Position numbers and translations under genes: made by a program. The notes beneath the pieces were generated by a model. The model searched no databases, was not told where the DNA came from, and was given only the letters and a program-made list of their open reading frames with translations. Below, in pieces: positions 53,357 to 63,055 of a DNA stretch of 64,000 nucleotides; position 1 is the stretch's first letter, and the number at the start of each line of letters is the position of its first letter. The DNA comes from an uncultured Verrucomicrobiae bacterium (GTDB lineage: Bacteria > Verrucomicrobiota > Verrucomicrobiia > Chthoniobacterales > JAFAMB01): assembly GCA_963837955.1 (NCBI GenBank), contig CAWIPH010000001.1, positions 384,001-448,000 on the forward strand, in the 5' to 3' direction.

Positions 53357-54754
53357 CTACCGCCGCCTCTGCCTGGATCCCTGGTGGCGAGGGCGCCGTT
53401 CACTCGATCGAGACTCTCTCCGTTCTGGCCGATTCTTTTCGAAGGAGTCGTCTGTGAGTGGGGTTTCTTGTTTTCGCAATTCGTGGACTAAGGCACAGGC
53501 AATATCAGTGGACGAAAATCCTTGCTCCAGCAGACGATCGACAATCCGCGTCTCACTCTGAAACTTCCCTGTTTGCAAGGTGGTTCTAATTTTTTCGAAA
53601 AATACATTCGTCCGCTTCTCTTCGACTTCTTCCAGCGATGGAACCTGCTGCCTGGGGATCTTCATGCGCGTGTAACGCTCGATGCTTTGCAGCTTGTAGA
53701 TTTCTCGGCCAGCAATCAGGGAAAAAGCTCGGCCAGAGCGGCCTGCTCTCCCAGTACGTCCAACCCGATGGACATAATCTTCCTCGTCCCAAGGGAGGTC
53801 GTAATTGAAGACCACTTCGACATTCTCGACGTCAATACCGCGTGCTGCCACGTCCGTCGCCACCAGAAACTCAATGGCGGAAGACCGAAATCGGGCCATC
53901 ACTTTCTCTCGCTGCGCTTGGGTCATGTCGCCGTGGATCCGATCGGCTGAGTAGCCGCGGCCGACCATCTCTTCGGTGAGTTCATCGACCATCCGCTTGG
54001 TATTACAGAAAACGATCCCGAGTTTGAGGTCGTAAAGATCGATGAGTCGCGTCAGCGCTTCGGTTTTCGATCGTCCACGAATCTCATAGTAGGCTTGCTC
54101 GACGGTTGGCACCGTCAGAACCTTGTGTTCGATCTTAACGGTTCGCGGATTTGGGCTTTGCTTGCGAATCAGCTCCAAAATGGGCTTGGACATTGTAGCC
54201 GAGAAACAGATGAACTGCCGCTCTTTCGGGACGGCTCGTAACACTTCTTCGATGTCGTCCCGGAACCCCATGTCGAGCATCTCATCCGACTCATCGAGCA
54301 CTACCATCCGAACGTTGGCCAATGTCAGTGTACCGCGCGACAAATGATCGAGGATTCTTCCCGGGGTCCCGATCACGACCTGGGCGCCCTGCTTAAGACC
54401 CCGGATCTGTCGATCGTACGACTGTCCGCCATAAATCGGTACTGAATGAACGGTGCGCTTAAACGCCGAGAGTTTGTAGACCTCTTCGGCGACCTGTACA
54501 GCGAGTTCGCGAGTCGGGCAAAGGATGAGGACCTGGACGCCACGAATTTGCGGATCGACCATCTCGATCGCGGGAATCGCGAAAGCAGCAGTTTTACCCG
54601 AGCCGGTCTGGGATTGGCCGATGATGTCGTGTCCGGCGAGAATTAACGGAATCGCCTCGGCCTGGATGGGCGCGGCTTTTTCGTACCCAAGTCGATGGAC
54701 TGCCTTGAGCAAAGGCTCGGAAAGCCCCAGTTCGGAAAATAGTTTTTGTGTCAT
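53357..54754 (-). CDS. DEAD/DEAH-box RNA helicase (DeaD/CshA-like)
   Basis: Q motif, QTGSGKT, PTRELA, TPGR, DESD, SAT, ARGID, HRVGRTGR; start set at ATG 54754. Confidence 0.95.
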   Translation of the reverse strand: MTQKLFSELGLSEPLLKAVHRLGYEKAAPIQAEAIPLILAGHDIIGQSQTGSGKTAAFAIPAIEMVDPQIRGVQVLILCPTRELAVQVAEEVYKLSAFKRTVHSVPIYGGQSYDRQIRGLKQGAQVVIGTPGRILDHLSRGTLTLANVRMVVLDESDEMLDMGFRDDIEEVLRAVPKERQFICFSATMSKPILELIRKQSPNPRTVKIEHKVLTVPTVEQAYYEIRGRSKTEALTRLIDLYDLKLGIVFCNTKRMVDELTEEMVGRGYSADRIHGDMTQAQREKVMARFRSSAIEFLVATDVAARGIDVENVEVVFNYDLPWDEEDYVHRVGRTGRAGRSGRAFSLIAGREIYKLQSIERYTRMKIPRQQVPSLEEVEEKRTNVFFEKIRTTLQTGKFQSETRIVDRLLEQGFSSTDIACALVHELRKQETPLTDDSFEKNRPERRESRSSERRPRHQGSRQRRR

Positions 54755-54856
54755 AGCGGGGATCCAGGAGGCGTTTCTGTTTCGATTTACTAAGCTGGCA
54801 AACTTATCTACCTTCTGCTCAAGCAGATTATCCGACGGTTTTGGTTGTTGGAAGTA

Positions 54857-55309
54857 ATGAAATCTATTTTGGTTCCGATCGATTTTTCCGACGTCACGCT
54901 TAAGGTTGTCAAAGCGGCTATCCAATTGGCGACCCCATTTAAGAGCCGGATTACGCTCATGCACGTATCGGAGGTTACGCCGCAAATATTAGGCATTGGG
55001 CCTGCTCCAGAGGCCGTCCCGACACCGTCCCACCAAGAGCACGAGGACTTGGTAGTCGCGGAAAGACTTGCCCGACTGGAAGAGTTGGTGACTTCAGTCG
55101 GCTTGGAATCCAGCTCGGTGGAACTTCAAGGTGCGCCGGTTGAATTGATCCTTGGTCAGGCTGAAAACTCCCGAGTTGATCTCATCGTGTTGGGCTCGCA
55201 TAGTCGAAGCCCGCTTTATCATCTCTTTGTGGGTGGGGTGATCGAGGGAGTGCTGAAACGCGCGCGTTGTCCGGTATTGGTTGTTCCGCTGGCCGAACCC
55301 TCTTCCTGA
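54857..55309 (+). CDS. Universal stress protein
   Basis: MKSILVPIDFS, DLIVLGSH, RARCPVLVVP. Confidence 0.94.
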   Translation: MKSILVPIDFSDVTLKVVKAAIQLATPFKSRITLMHVSEVTPQILGIGPAPEAVPTPSHQEHEDLVVAERLARLEELVTSVGLESSSVELQGAPVELILGQAENSRVDLIVLGSHSRSPLYHLFVGGVIEGVLKRARCPVLVVPLAEPSS

Positions 55310-56331
55310 CTCTTGTGCGATTTGCTTCCTATTCCGGGCTAGCGGTGCTCAATGCCCAAGGCCGCGATTCTGACCAGTCCTTCGCGGAGGGACTGCCATC
55401 CCTCGATTCATCGGTACACGCTCCTATCAACTATCATGCCTACGCCGCTTGTACTCGAGGTGCTTTTTACCAAAGTACCGCCCTGGCGAGTCGTCATCGA
55501 AACGTGCTCTTGCTCTTGCGAGGGAATTTGCGGGTCGCCCGTAACGCTTTCGTCGCTCTAAAGGCTAAAGGGTGCGTTGTAGCCATCGCGTTTAAAGAAG
55601 CCGGTAGTCACCAGGTCGCCCAACAATTATCCCATCCGAAGACATTCGCCCATTTTGGCGAGCTGGCTGCGAATGCAGATCTTTGTTTATCCAGCACCCC
55701 TGACTTGGCGCCCCTCTTTTCCTGTTTTTCGCGAAAGGTCGTCTACCTGCCGACACCCTACCCTGTCGACTTTCCAGCTTGGAATCTTGGATTACCCCTG
55801 GCTGAGCGCTCGGGGATTTTTCTCGGAACCAGGGAGTTCTCCGTGCCATCTCGTAATCATCTTCTGGCGTTGGGTGCGGCGCGATTAACCTCTTATCCCG
55901 TGACGGTTGTGGATGCAGGAACGGCCGCGACAAAGAGCCTCTTACAATCACTCCGTTACCCGCCAGAGCAACTCACCGTTTTACCTCGGATGCCTTATGC
56001 GAAATACCTCGACGTGCTCCGGCGCCATCGCATTGTTCTGCAGTTTGATCAGAGTCGTGTGCCGGGGCAGGTGGCTGGAGATGCGTTGCTCTGTCAGGTG
56101 CCTACAGTTGGAGGCAATGGTGCGATTGAGCGAGAAGTATTGGCCGAATTGAACGGTGACGGCCGCTCGTTCTCTGAATTGGTCCAACTCGCGTTACGAC
56201 TCCTCCGCGACGATAGCTTCTACGCCAGGCAGGTTGACCAAATGAATGTGATGGCTCAACAAAAGGCCAGCTTTGGCACAATCCGGGCAGAGCTGATCAA
56301 ACTGTTTCCAGGGATAGATTCTGACGAGTAG
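55267..56331 (+). CDS. Hypothetical protein, glycosyltransferase (GT-B)-like C-terminus; start uncertain
   Basis: Long ORF filling the gap between usp and fur; PGQVAGDALLCQVPTVG resembles the GT-B nucleotide-sugar-binding helix. Confidence 0.65.
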   Translation: MSGIGCSAGRTLFLTLVRFASYSGLAVLNAQGRDSDQSFAEGLPSLDSSVHAPINYHAYAACTRGAFYQSTALASRHRNVLLLLRGNLRVARNAFVALKAKGCVVAIAFKEAGSHQVAQQLSHPKTFAHFGELAANADLCLSSTPDLAPLFSCFSRKVVYLPTPYPVDFPAWNLGLPLAERSGIFLGTREFSVPSRNHLLALGAARLTSYPVTVVDAGTAATKSLLQSLRYPPEQLTVLPRMPYAKYLDVLRRHRIVLQFDQSRVPGQVAGDALLCQVPTVGGNGAIEREVLAELNGDGRSFSELVQLALRLLRDDSFYARQVDQMNVMAQQKASFGTIRAELIKLFPGIDSDE

Positions 56332-56423
56332 GGCTTGGCCCGCTTGTATTTCCGTATTCCACATCCGGCTTCTCCGTCGTGCATCTTGATCCCGATCGAG
56401 CGGTGCGGTACCGTTCTCGGGAC

Positions 56424-56903
56424 ATGCCCCTGCACTCTGCATCGCACAGCTCTCCTTTAGCCGAGCTTAATCTAAATGCCATTCTCGAGCTCCTCAGGTC
56501 GCACGGCTTGCGCATCACGAAAAGTCGGCAAAGGATTTTGGAGACTTTGCTCGCAGCCCAAGAACCGCTGTCGCTAGAAGAAATTCAACGGCGATCGAGC
56601 GACGCCGGTGTCGCACCCGATTTCGCGACTGTTTTTCGGGTGATGATGATGTTGGAGAGTCTGCAAATTGCGCAGAAGGTTCTCTTGAATCGTTCATGCA
56701 GTTACTACGAACTGGTGGATCCACAACAACACTACGACCACATTGTTTGTACCGAATGCGGGCGCATAACCCTCATGATCGACTCCTGCCCGGTCGAGCG
56801 GCTCGAGCACGCGATCGGGAAAAAATATGGCTACACCGATCTGCGGCATTCTTTGGAGTTCTTTGGCAAATGTCCGGAATGCCACAGTGCACCGCTTTCG
56901 TGA
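56424..56903 (+). CDS. Fur-family transcriptional regulator
   Basis: GLRITKSRQRIL, ATVFR, HYDHIVCTECG, GKCPEC. Confidence 0.93.
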   Translation: MPLHSASHSSPLAELNLNAILELLRSHGLRITKSRQRILETLLAAQEPLSLEEIQRRSSDAGVAPDFATVFRVMMMLESLQIAQKVLLNRSCSYYELVDPQQHYDHIVCTECGRITLMIDSCPVERLEHAIGKKYGYTDLRHSLEFFGKCPECHSAPLS

Positions 56904-57013
56904 CCGATGTAGCTTATTGAAACCGGCGCTGCTCATGCTCATCCGCCGGTCCGGGTCGAACCGCCGCGGATAATCGCTTGCAAAGCCACAAGATCTTTAT
57001 AGGCTTCGATTCG

Positions 57014-57103
57014 ATGCGCTTGCTTGCTCAGCTTCTTAGCCTTGAGCTTCTCCTGCTCGGGAGTGGCGCCCCAAATTCTTTTCTTCTTCTCATTACTCTT
57101 TAG
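57014..57103 (+). CDS. Leucine-rich leader peptide of leuA (29 aa)
   Basis: MRLLAQLLSLELLLLGSGAPNSFLLLITL*; 13 of 29 codons are Leu; ends 86 nt before leuA. Confidence 0.75.
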   Translation: MRLLAQLLSLELLLLGSGAPNSFLLLITL

Positions 57104-57189
57104 GTACTCAGGTCACGTTTCGTTCACGGTGGAGGCAAACGATGGCCGCCCCGATCGTCTCCACCGAAACCCAGATCTAACTACCTATT

Positions 57190-58755
57190 ATGCCAGAGAA
57201 AATTGTGATCTTTGACACGACGCTACGCGATGGCGAGCAGTGTCCTGGAGCGTCAATGAATTTGCGAGAGAAGATGGAGGTGGCTCGCCAACTTCAGCGA
57301 CTCAACATCGACGTGATTGAAGCCGGATTTCCGGTCATTAGCGAAGGAGATTTTGAGGCCGTCAGCAAGATTGCGGCCGAGGTGCGTGGCCCGATTATAG
57401 CCGGTCTCGCTCGTTGTAACCCGAAGGACATTGACGCAGCCGGAGCCGCGGTAAAGCCAGCTGGCGAACGCGCGCGGATCCACGTATTCCTAGCAACCTC
57501 AAAAATTCATCGGGATCATAAGCTGAAAAAGGCGACTGAGGAAATCATCCGACTGACCCGAGAAGGGGTCGCGCACGCGAAGTCGCTAGTTCGGGATGTC
57601 GAATTCTCGCCGGAGGACGCCTCGCGGACCGAACCGGAATTTCTAGCACAGGTCGTTGAGGCGGCGATTGAATCGGGAGCTACTACAGTGAATATCCCGG
57701 ATACCGTTGGCTACGCCGTACCAGATCAATTCGGAACGCTCATTCAGTATTTGAAAGACAATGTACGAAACATTGACGATGCGATCATCAGCGTGCATTG
57801 CCACAACGATTTGGGACTTGCGGTAGCTAATTCGCTGGCCGCTATCCGAGCTGGCGCCCGCCAAGTAGAGGGAACGATCAATGGTATCGGTGAGCGGGCC
57901 GGGAATGTTGCGCTGGAAGAAGTGGTAATGGCGATGAAGACTCGCAAGGATTTTTTTGCCGACTATTACACCGAGATGCAAACCTCCGAGATCGTCAAAA
58001 GTTCACGGCTGGTCAGCCGGATGAGCGGACTGGTCGTAGCGCGTGGCAAAGCAATAGTTGGGGAGAATGCCTTTGCGCATGGAGCCGGTATTCATCAGGA
58101 CGGAATACTAAAAAATCGCGAGACCTACGAAATCATGGATCCGCAAGAAGTCGGTTGGGGTGAGACCGAACTGCCGCTGACCAAGCACAGCGGAAGGCAT
58201 GCCATGGTAAAACGCCTGGAGTATCTCGGCTATAAACTTTCCGATAAAGAGATCGTGCAGCTATTCGTCCGGTTTAAGGAGGTCGGGGACAAAAAGAAAT
58301 TTGTCTACGACGAGGACTTGGCGGCGCTGATCGACGATTCCTTTGGTGGGTCGGAAGAGGCTTGGAAGCTGGACTATATCCATGTGACCACTGGCACCAC
58401 TACGGTCCCTACCGCCACGGTTCGATTGCGCAAAGGCGAAGAGGTTCTCCAGGATTCTTCACCGGGAAACGGAGCTGTCGATGCAGCGATGAAAGCGATC
58501 GATCGCATTCTGCATCAACGCGGGCATCTGGTTGACTATCGGGTAACTGCCATGTCGAGCGGAAAAGACGCGCTCGGGGAAGTTACGGTGAAAGTTGACT
58601 TTGGGGAGGGCCGCCTTATCAGCGGGAAAGGGGCAAGCACCGACGTGATTGAGGCAAGCGCCCGCGCCTACCTCAATGCGGTGAACCGGGTTCGGCAACA
58701 AAAAGCTCTAGAAAAAGAGCCGGCTGCAGAGAAGCTGGAAGGAGTTGGCGTTTAG
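57190..58755 (+). CDS. leuA: 2-isopropylmalate synthase
   Basis: FDTTLRDGEQ, HCHNDLG, NGIGERAGN, GIHQDG, C-terminal regulatory domain. Confidence 0.97.
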   Translation: MPEKIVIFDTTLRDGEQCPGASMNLREKMEVARQLQRLNIDVIEAGFPVISEGDFEAVSKIAAEVRGPIIAGLARCNPKDIDAAGAAVKPAGERARIHVFLATSKIHRDHKLKKATEEIIRLTREGVAHAKSLVRDVEFSPEDASRTEPEFLAQVVEAAIESGATTVNIPDTVGYAVPDQFGTLIQYLKDNVRNIDDAIISVHCHNDLGLAVANSLAAIRAGARQVEGTINGIGERAGNVALEEVVMAMKTRKDFFADYYTEMQTSEIVKSSRLVSRMSGLVVARGKAIVGENAFAHGAGIHQDGILKNRETYEIMDPQEVGWGETELPLTKHSGRHAMVKRLEYLGYKLSDKEIVQLFVRFKEVGDKKKFVYDEDLAALIDDSFGGSEEAWKLDYIHVTTGTTTVPTATVRLRKGEEVLQDSSPGNGAVDAAMKAIDRILHQRGHLVDYRVTAMSSGKDALGEVTVKVDFGEGRLISGKGASTDVIEASARAYLNAVNRVRQQKALEKEPAAEKLEGVGV

Positions 58756-58779
58756 GTTTCTGCCTGGGCCAACCACTGA

Positions 58780-58804
58780 CGGAGGGGAACTGTAATCCCC
58801 TCCG
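58780..58804. terminator. Hairpin between convergent genes
   Basis: CGGAGGGGA-ACTGTAA-TCCCCTCCG; no U-tract. Confidence 0.45.
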
Positions 58805-58830
58805 ATCGGCCAGCACTAGGGCCGCCCAAA

Positions 58831-59238
58831 TCAATCTCTGCCGATCCGTAACGCTTGCACGAGCTGCGAATCGATCTGTCCCGTCACCGGCAGACCATTG
58901 TCATACTGAAATTGGCGAATTGCGCTCCGTGTTCCAGACCCGACGACTCCATCGACACGACCTTCGTAGTAGCCCCGCCGAGCGAGAGCGGCTTGCACTT
59001 GCGCTTCGATGTTGGCTGTAGCATTTCGATCGGAACCGCGTTGATCGGGGTAGTAGGGGCCATCCGGATAGTAACCATAGGGGTAGCCAGGATCGTAGAA
59101 CCCCCATCCTGGGTACCAGAATGGGGAAAAACCAAAGCCAAAGCGCCAGCCCCCAGCATGGGCCGTCTGAACGAAGGCTGGTAACGCGCAGAGTAATCCA
59201 ATCAGCAGGAAGCGTCTCACGGCAAGTTTTGCATTCAT
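58831..59238 (-). CDS. Secreted peptidoglycan-binding-domain protein
   Basis: Signal peptide, Tyr/Pro/Gly tract, VQAALARRGYYEGRVDGVVGSGTRSAIRQFQYDNGLPVTG. Confidence 0.9.
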   Translation of the reverse strand: MNAKLAVRRFLLIGLLCALPAFVQTAHAGGWRFGFGFSPFWYPGWGFYDPGYPYGYYPDGPYYPDQRGSDRNATANIEAQVQAALARRGYYEGRVDGVVGSGTRSAIRQFQYDNGLPVTGQIDSQLVQALRIGRD

Positions 59239-59296
59239 GAACGACCCAAGTTGTACATGGAATGCCGGCTCCTGGAAAGGAATCAGAAGTCCAATT

Positions 59297-59896
59297 CTAA
59301 TCTCTTCCGGTCTGTAACGCTTGCATCAGTTGCGAGTTAATACGTCCTGTCACCGGTAGGCCATTATCGTGTTGAAATTCGCGAATCGCGCTCCGAGTTT
59401 CGGACCCAATGACGCCATCAACGCGACCTTCGTAGTAGCCCCTTCGCGCAAGCGCGTCTTGAACGAAAACCTCAACGCTGACATTGCGATTGTAGCCGTT
59501 CGGGTAGTCCGGGTAATTGTACGGATAATCCGCGTAGTAGGGATAACCGTAATCGTAATAACCACCCCAGCCGGGATACCAGTAGGGGGACAGGCCAAAG
59601 AAAAAATGCCGATGGTGGTGCTCCTCGTCGCCCTCTTCGTGTCCATGCCACCGGTTATTTTGCCCGGCGGATACAGAAGCCCTGCGAACGTTGCTTGCAC
59701 TGGCCCGACTACCGGATACGGAACGGCCGCCTCCGCTTGCAGCATGACCACCGCTGGAACCGGATGCTGAGTGACCGCCGCTTGATCCGCCCCCAGAGTG
59801 ACCACTGCCGCCAGGTGATCCCGCGTTAACAAACGTGGGTAGCGCGCTAATTAATCCAATAAGGAAGATGCGCTTCAGTAGAGAATTCGCATCCAT
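59297..59896 (-). CDS. Secreted peptidoglycan-binding-domain protein, paralog
   Basis: Signal peptide, Gly/Ser and His tracts, VQDALARRGYYEGRVDGVIGSETRSAIREFQHDNGLPVTG. Confidence 0.9.
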   Translation of the reverse strand: MDANSLLKRIFLIGLISALPTFVNAGSPGGSGHSGGGSSGGHSASGSSGGHAASGGGRSVSGSRASASNVRRASVSAGQNNRWHGHEEGDEEHHHRHFFFGLSPYWYPGWGGYYDYGYPYYADYPYNYPDYPNGYNRNVSVEVFVQDALARRGYYEGRVDGVIGSETRSAIREFQHDNGLPVTGRINSQLMQALQTGRD

Positions 59897-59941
59897 ATTT
59901 AAGATACCTCCAGCCGATTATACGACCGCTTACTTCCGGAT

Positions 59942-61516
59942 TCAAATGCCGCGCTCTCGATCGATAGCCGATCTCTCTGCCACGAGAAAGATGGCGCCCG
60001 TGGCAAAAACAGCCACCAGAAGAGGTAAGACATAGCGTGGCATGGAATAGTTGCAGACGCAGTTGGCCGCGTAGGTCACTAGGCCGATGCCAAAGATACA
60101 GAGACCGATCAAAGCCAGGCTGGACGACAGCTGTCCTCGGGCCAGTCGCCAGATTCCGACTATGAGAAAGAGGAGAAACCAGGCGCCGACAGGAAGAAAT
60201 CGCCAGTGCCGGATGAAGAGATCATGAAACGCGCGATCCAGAGTGGCTTGAGCGACGGCCGGTTGGAAGATTAGCAAACCCTGCAAACCTTTCCAGCTTG
60301 GCGCATCTTCCCTTATCGGTCCGAGCGAGTCGAAGGTTGCTTTTGCTCCGGTCATGGCGATGCCCTGATCGTTGGTAGGATAAAATCCTTTCCCGATATC
60401 TCGCAGGATGATCTGGATTAGCTTTGGATCCCAGATTCGGTAATAACACATGACCCCTTCCAAAGTGATACGGTCTCGTTCGACTTCGAGCGATTGACCG
60501 GTCAGACCGCGCCCACGCAAGAACTGTGCGATAAATTCGTCGGTACCCTTGTGATAGGTACCGATATCTTTGAAGGCACCAATTGCTGCCTTCACGTCTG
60601 CATCATTGGTTAAGGCCGCCGCGTGTTGAGCGGCCCGTTCTTTGGCTTCTGGTTTCAGCGAATCTAGATAACTGCCGATCCGGTCGCTTAGGGTGCGGCC
60701 CATGGTCCGGCGTTGTACCACCCCAAAGTGATTGCACATCACAGTGACAAACGTCTGTTCACTTAATAGACAGAGAATACTCAAGCCGAGTGCGAGTCCG
60801 GCAGTCTTCACCATTGGAAGCGCCTTTTGGAATCGACCAGTTTGGATGGATCGGTGAACACCCAGAACAACCGCCGTCGTTGGAAGCCAGCCGAGCAGAA
60901 AGCCACTGATATGGCGCGATCCGATCGAGAATAGCAGGATCAGAAAGTAGAACAGCCAGGTCCTCCAGGTGCCCCTTCCGCCCAGAATGCGGAGCCCGAT
61001 TCCGAAAAGAAAGAACCAGGAGACCGGAACAGTCGATTCAGGCCCAGCAGTGTGGGCGAAGGCGTAAAAACTGGCTACCGAAGCGAGCAAGAGGGTGATC
61101 GCACCTCGACCAGTTTCGGACGCCGGCAGCGAAAAAAGAAAATAGCGTAAAGAAAGCCATAGCAGGACGTGTTGACAGAAGACGAGTGCGTATACCGCGG
61201 CCAGGGACGGATGTTGCGGCGATAAGATGCTGGGTGACGTGCCGAAGAGCAACGTGTCGGTAATCCAGAAAGGAATCCGGCCCAACACACAATAGAGTGG
61301 CGGAGCAAGCAAAAGATTCATCTCGGTGAACCCCCAGACCAGTTCATCGAGCACGTCTACATCTTTCCAAAAAGGGAGGTAGAACGCGAAAAACCAAAGT
61401 GATGGTAGAATCAGGATATAGAGCGGATGGCGACCGATCCAAGCCAGAAGACGATGACCGATAGCAAATAGCCGATAGCCAAAAGCTGATCCTGGATTCC
61501 TGGTATCTATAGTCAC
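59942..61516 (-). CDS. Multi-pass membrane hypothetical protein; start uncertain
   Basis: 524-aa ORF with many TM segments, a soluble loop and a C-terminal PRYVLP. Confidence 0.8.
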   Translation of the reverse strand: MTIDTRNPGSAFGYRLFAIGHRLLAWIGRHPLYILILPSLWFFAFYLPFWKDVDVLDELVWGFTEMNLLLAPPLYCVLGRIPFWITDTLLFGTSPSILSPQHPSLAAVYALVFCQHVLLWLSLRYFLFSLPASETGRGAITLLLASVASFYAFAHTAGPESTVPVSWFFLFGIGLRILGGRGTWRTWLFYFLILLFSIGSRHISGFLLGWLPTTAVVLGVHRSIQTGRFQKALPMVKTAGLALGLSILCLLSEQTFVTVMCNHFGVVQRRTMGRTLSDRIGSYLDSLKPEAKERAAQHAAALTNDADVKAAIGAFKDIGTYHKGTDEFIAQFLRGRGLTGQSLEVERDRITLEGVMCYYRIWDPKLIQIILRDIGKGFYPTNDQGIAMTGAKATFDSLGPIREDAPSWKGLQGLLIFQPAVAQATLDRAFHDLFIRHWRFLPVGAWFLLFLIVGIWRLARGQLSSSLALIGLCIFGIGLVTYAANCVCNYSMPRYVLPLLVAVFATGAIFLVAERSAIDRERGI

Positions 61517-61557
61517 CGCGAATTTGCTATCTAGCTATTTGCTATCTGCTATCCGCG

Positions 61558-62715
61558 CTAGCCGACAGCAATTTCGAGCACGCGATCGATCTCCGTTTCC
61601 GAGTTATAAAAGTGTGGACTGAAGCGGAGGTAATGATTGCCGGATCGATCCTGGCGCTGAGAACAGAAGATGCGCGCCTGAGTCAATCGTTGAAACACTT
61701 CGTTAAGATCCCGGGTGGGATGGGAGAATGTGACGATACCAGAGCCGGTTACCGCCTCTCTCGCACCGAGCAACCGATATCCGGCGGGCTCCATTCCATT
61801 GATCAAGCGAGCGCGAAGAGTGAGAATCCGCTCAGCAATCCGATTAATTCCCGCCTCCAAAAGAAGATCGATTGCAGCCTTCATTCCGACGATTCCGGGC
61901 AGGTTCATGGCTCCGGGCTCATAGCGTTGAGCCGTATCAAGAAACTCGATTTGATCCTGGGCGACGAAACCCGGCGCGCGAATGTTCCAGGAACCTAACA
62001 AAGTCGGGCGGCACAAATCGAAATGCTGTTTTTTCACGTACACGATGCCACTGGCCAACGGACCGAGAAGCCATTTATGAGAATCAGCGCTCAGGAAGTC
62101 AATCTGTTCGACCGTAGTAGGGAATGCGCCGAGCGTCTGGATTGCATCCACTGAAAGCAGTATGCCTCGTGCGTGCAGCATCGCCCCAATGGCGGCAAGG
62201 TCGATGCGATAGCCGGACACGAAATTGCAGGAAGCCAACGCCACTAAGCGCGTTTTGTTGGTAATTGCTCGCTCCACAACCTCGACGGTAATCTCGCCCA
62301 GTCCGGCCGGTTCCAGATAGCGAATCTGGACGCCCCGTTGGCGAAGATTCAGCCACGGATAAACGTTTGCGGGGTAGTCATCGAGGTAACAGACCACCTC
62401 ATCTCCCGCTTCCCACGGAATGCCATTGGCAAAGAGACTAAGACCAAGCGAGGTTGGCCCAAGAAGGGCGATCTCTTCAGGTGAGGCGTGGAGCAAACGA
62501 GCTGCGGACTCACGAGTCTCTCGAATAATTCTCAAAGACTCCGTAAAGTCAGGGAATTCTTCCGCCGATTTGCGAACGTAGTCGCTAATCGCCTCCGCGA
62601 CCACATTCGGCAGAACTGTGACCGCCGCATGCGCCAGGAAGATCTTTTCTCGAACAATCGGAAAGCACTTGGAGCGAAACGATTCGTCAGCGAGAACCGA
62701 AGCAAAGAGATCCAT
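61558..62715 (-). CDS. Class V PLP-dependent aminotransferase (cysteine desulfurase-like)
   Basis: VDAIQTLG, ADSHKWLLGP, RFSPHFYN. Confidence 0.92.
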   Translation of the reverse strand: MDLFASVLADESFRSKCFPIVREKIFLAHAAVTVLPNVVAEAISDYVRKSAEEFPDFTESLRIIRETRESAARLLHASPEEIALLGPTSLGLSLFANGIPWEAGDEVVCYLDDYPANVYPWLNLRQRGVQIRYLEPAGLGEITVEVVERAITNKTRLVALASCNFVSGYRIDLAAIGAMLHARGILLSVDAIQTLGAFPTTVEQIDFLSADSHKWLLGPLASGIVYVKKQHFDLCRPTLLGSWNIRAPGFVAQDQIEFLDTAQRYEPGAMNLPGIVGMKAAIDLLLEAGINRIAERILTLRARLINGMEPAGYRLLGAREAVTGSGIVTFSHPTRDLNEVFQRLTQARIFCSQRQDRSGNHYLRFSPHFYNSETEIDRVLEIAVG

Positions 62716-62891
62716 TTTTTGCCCTACACTGAAACATGAGTAAAAGAAAGATGTCCGGAATCCAGAATTTAGAAGAGGGAAGAGGGAAGAATTGCAGCGG
62801 GCGCCGGCGTACTTGCCAATGGTAGCCGTGACCGGCGAATTCGAGGTCGTGGGCCAATCTTGTTCCGCCGAAACGAAGCGAAGAGAAATAA

Positions 62892-63030
62892 TACACGGAT
62901 TACACAGATTATTTTATCTTCAGTTGCTTGCGGACGTTCATGTAACAAACCAAGCCCTGACAACGGCTCTCAGCTGAGACCTTGTAAATGTGTTGAATCC
63001 AGAAATCTGCGTAATCCGTGTAATCTGCGG
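62892..63030. repeat. Inverted pair of 9-mer arrays
   Basis: TACACGGAT-TACACAGAT ... AATCTGCGT-AATCCGTGT-AATCTGCGG. Confidence 0.8.
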
Positions 63031-63055
63031 ATTATTCCTCTTCGTCGACGCCCTG

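Noticed and set aside
54755..54985. N-terminal extension of the helicase
   Set aside because: It would overlap the divergent usp gene; the Q motif begins right after ATG 54754.
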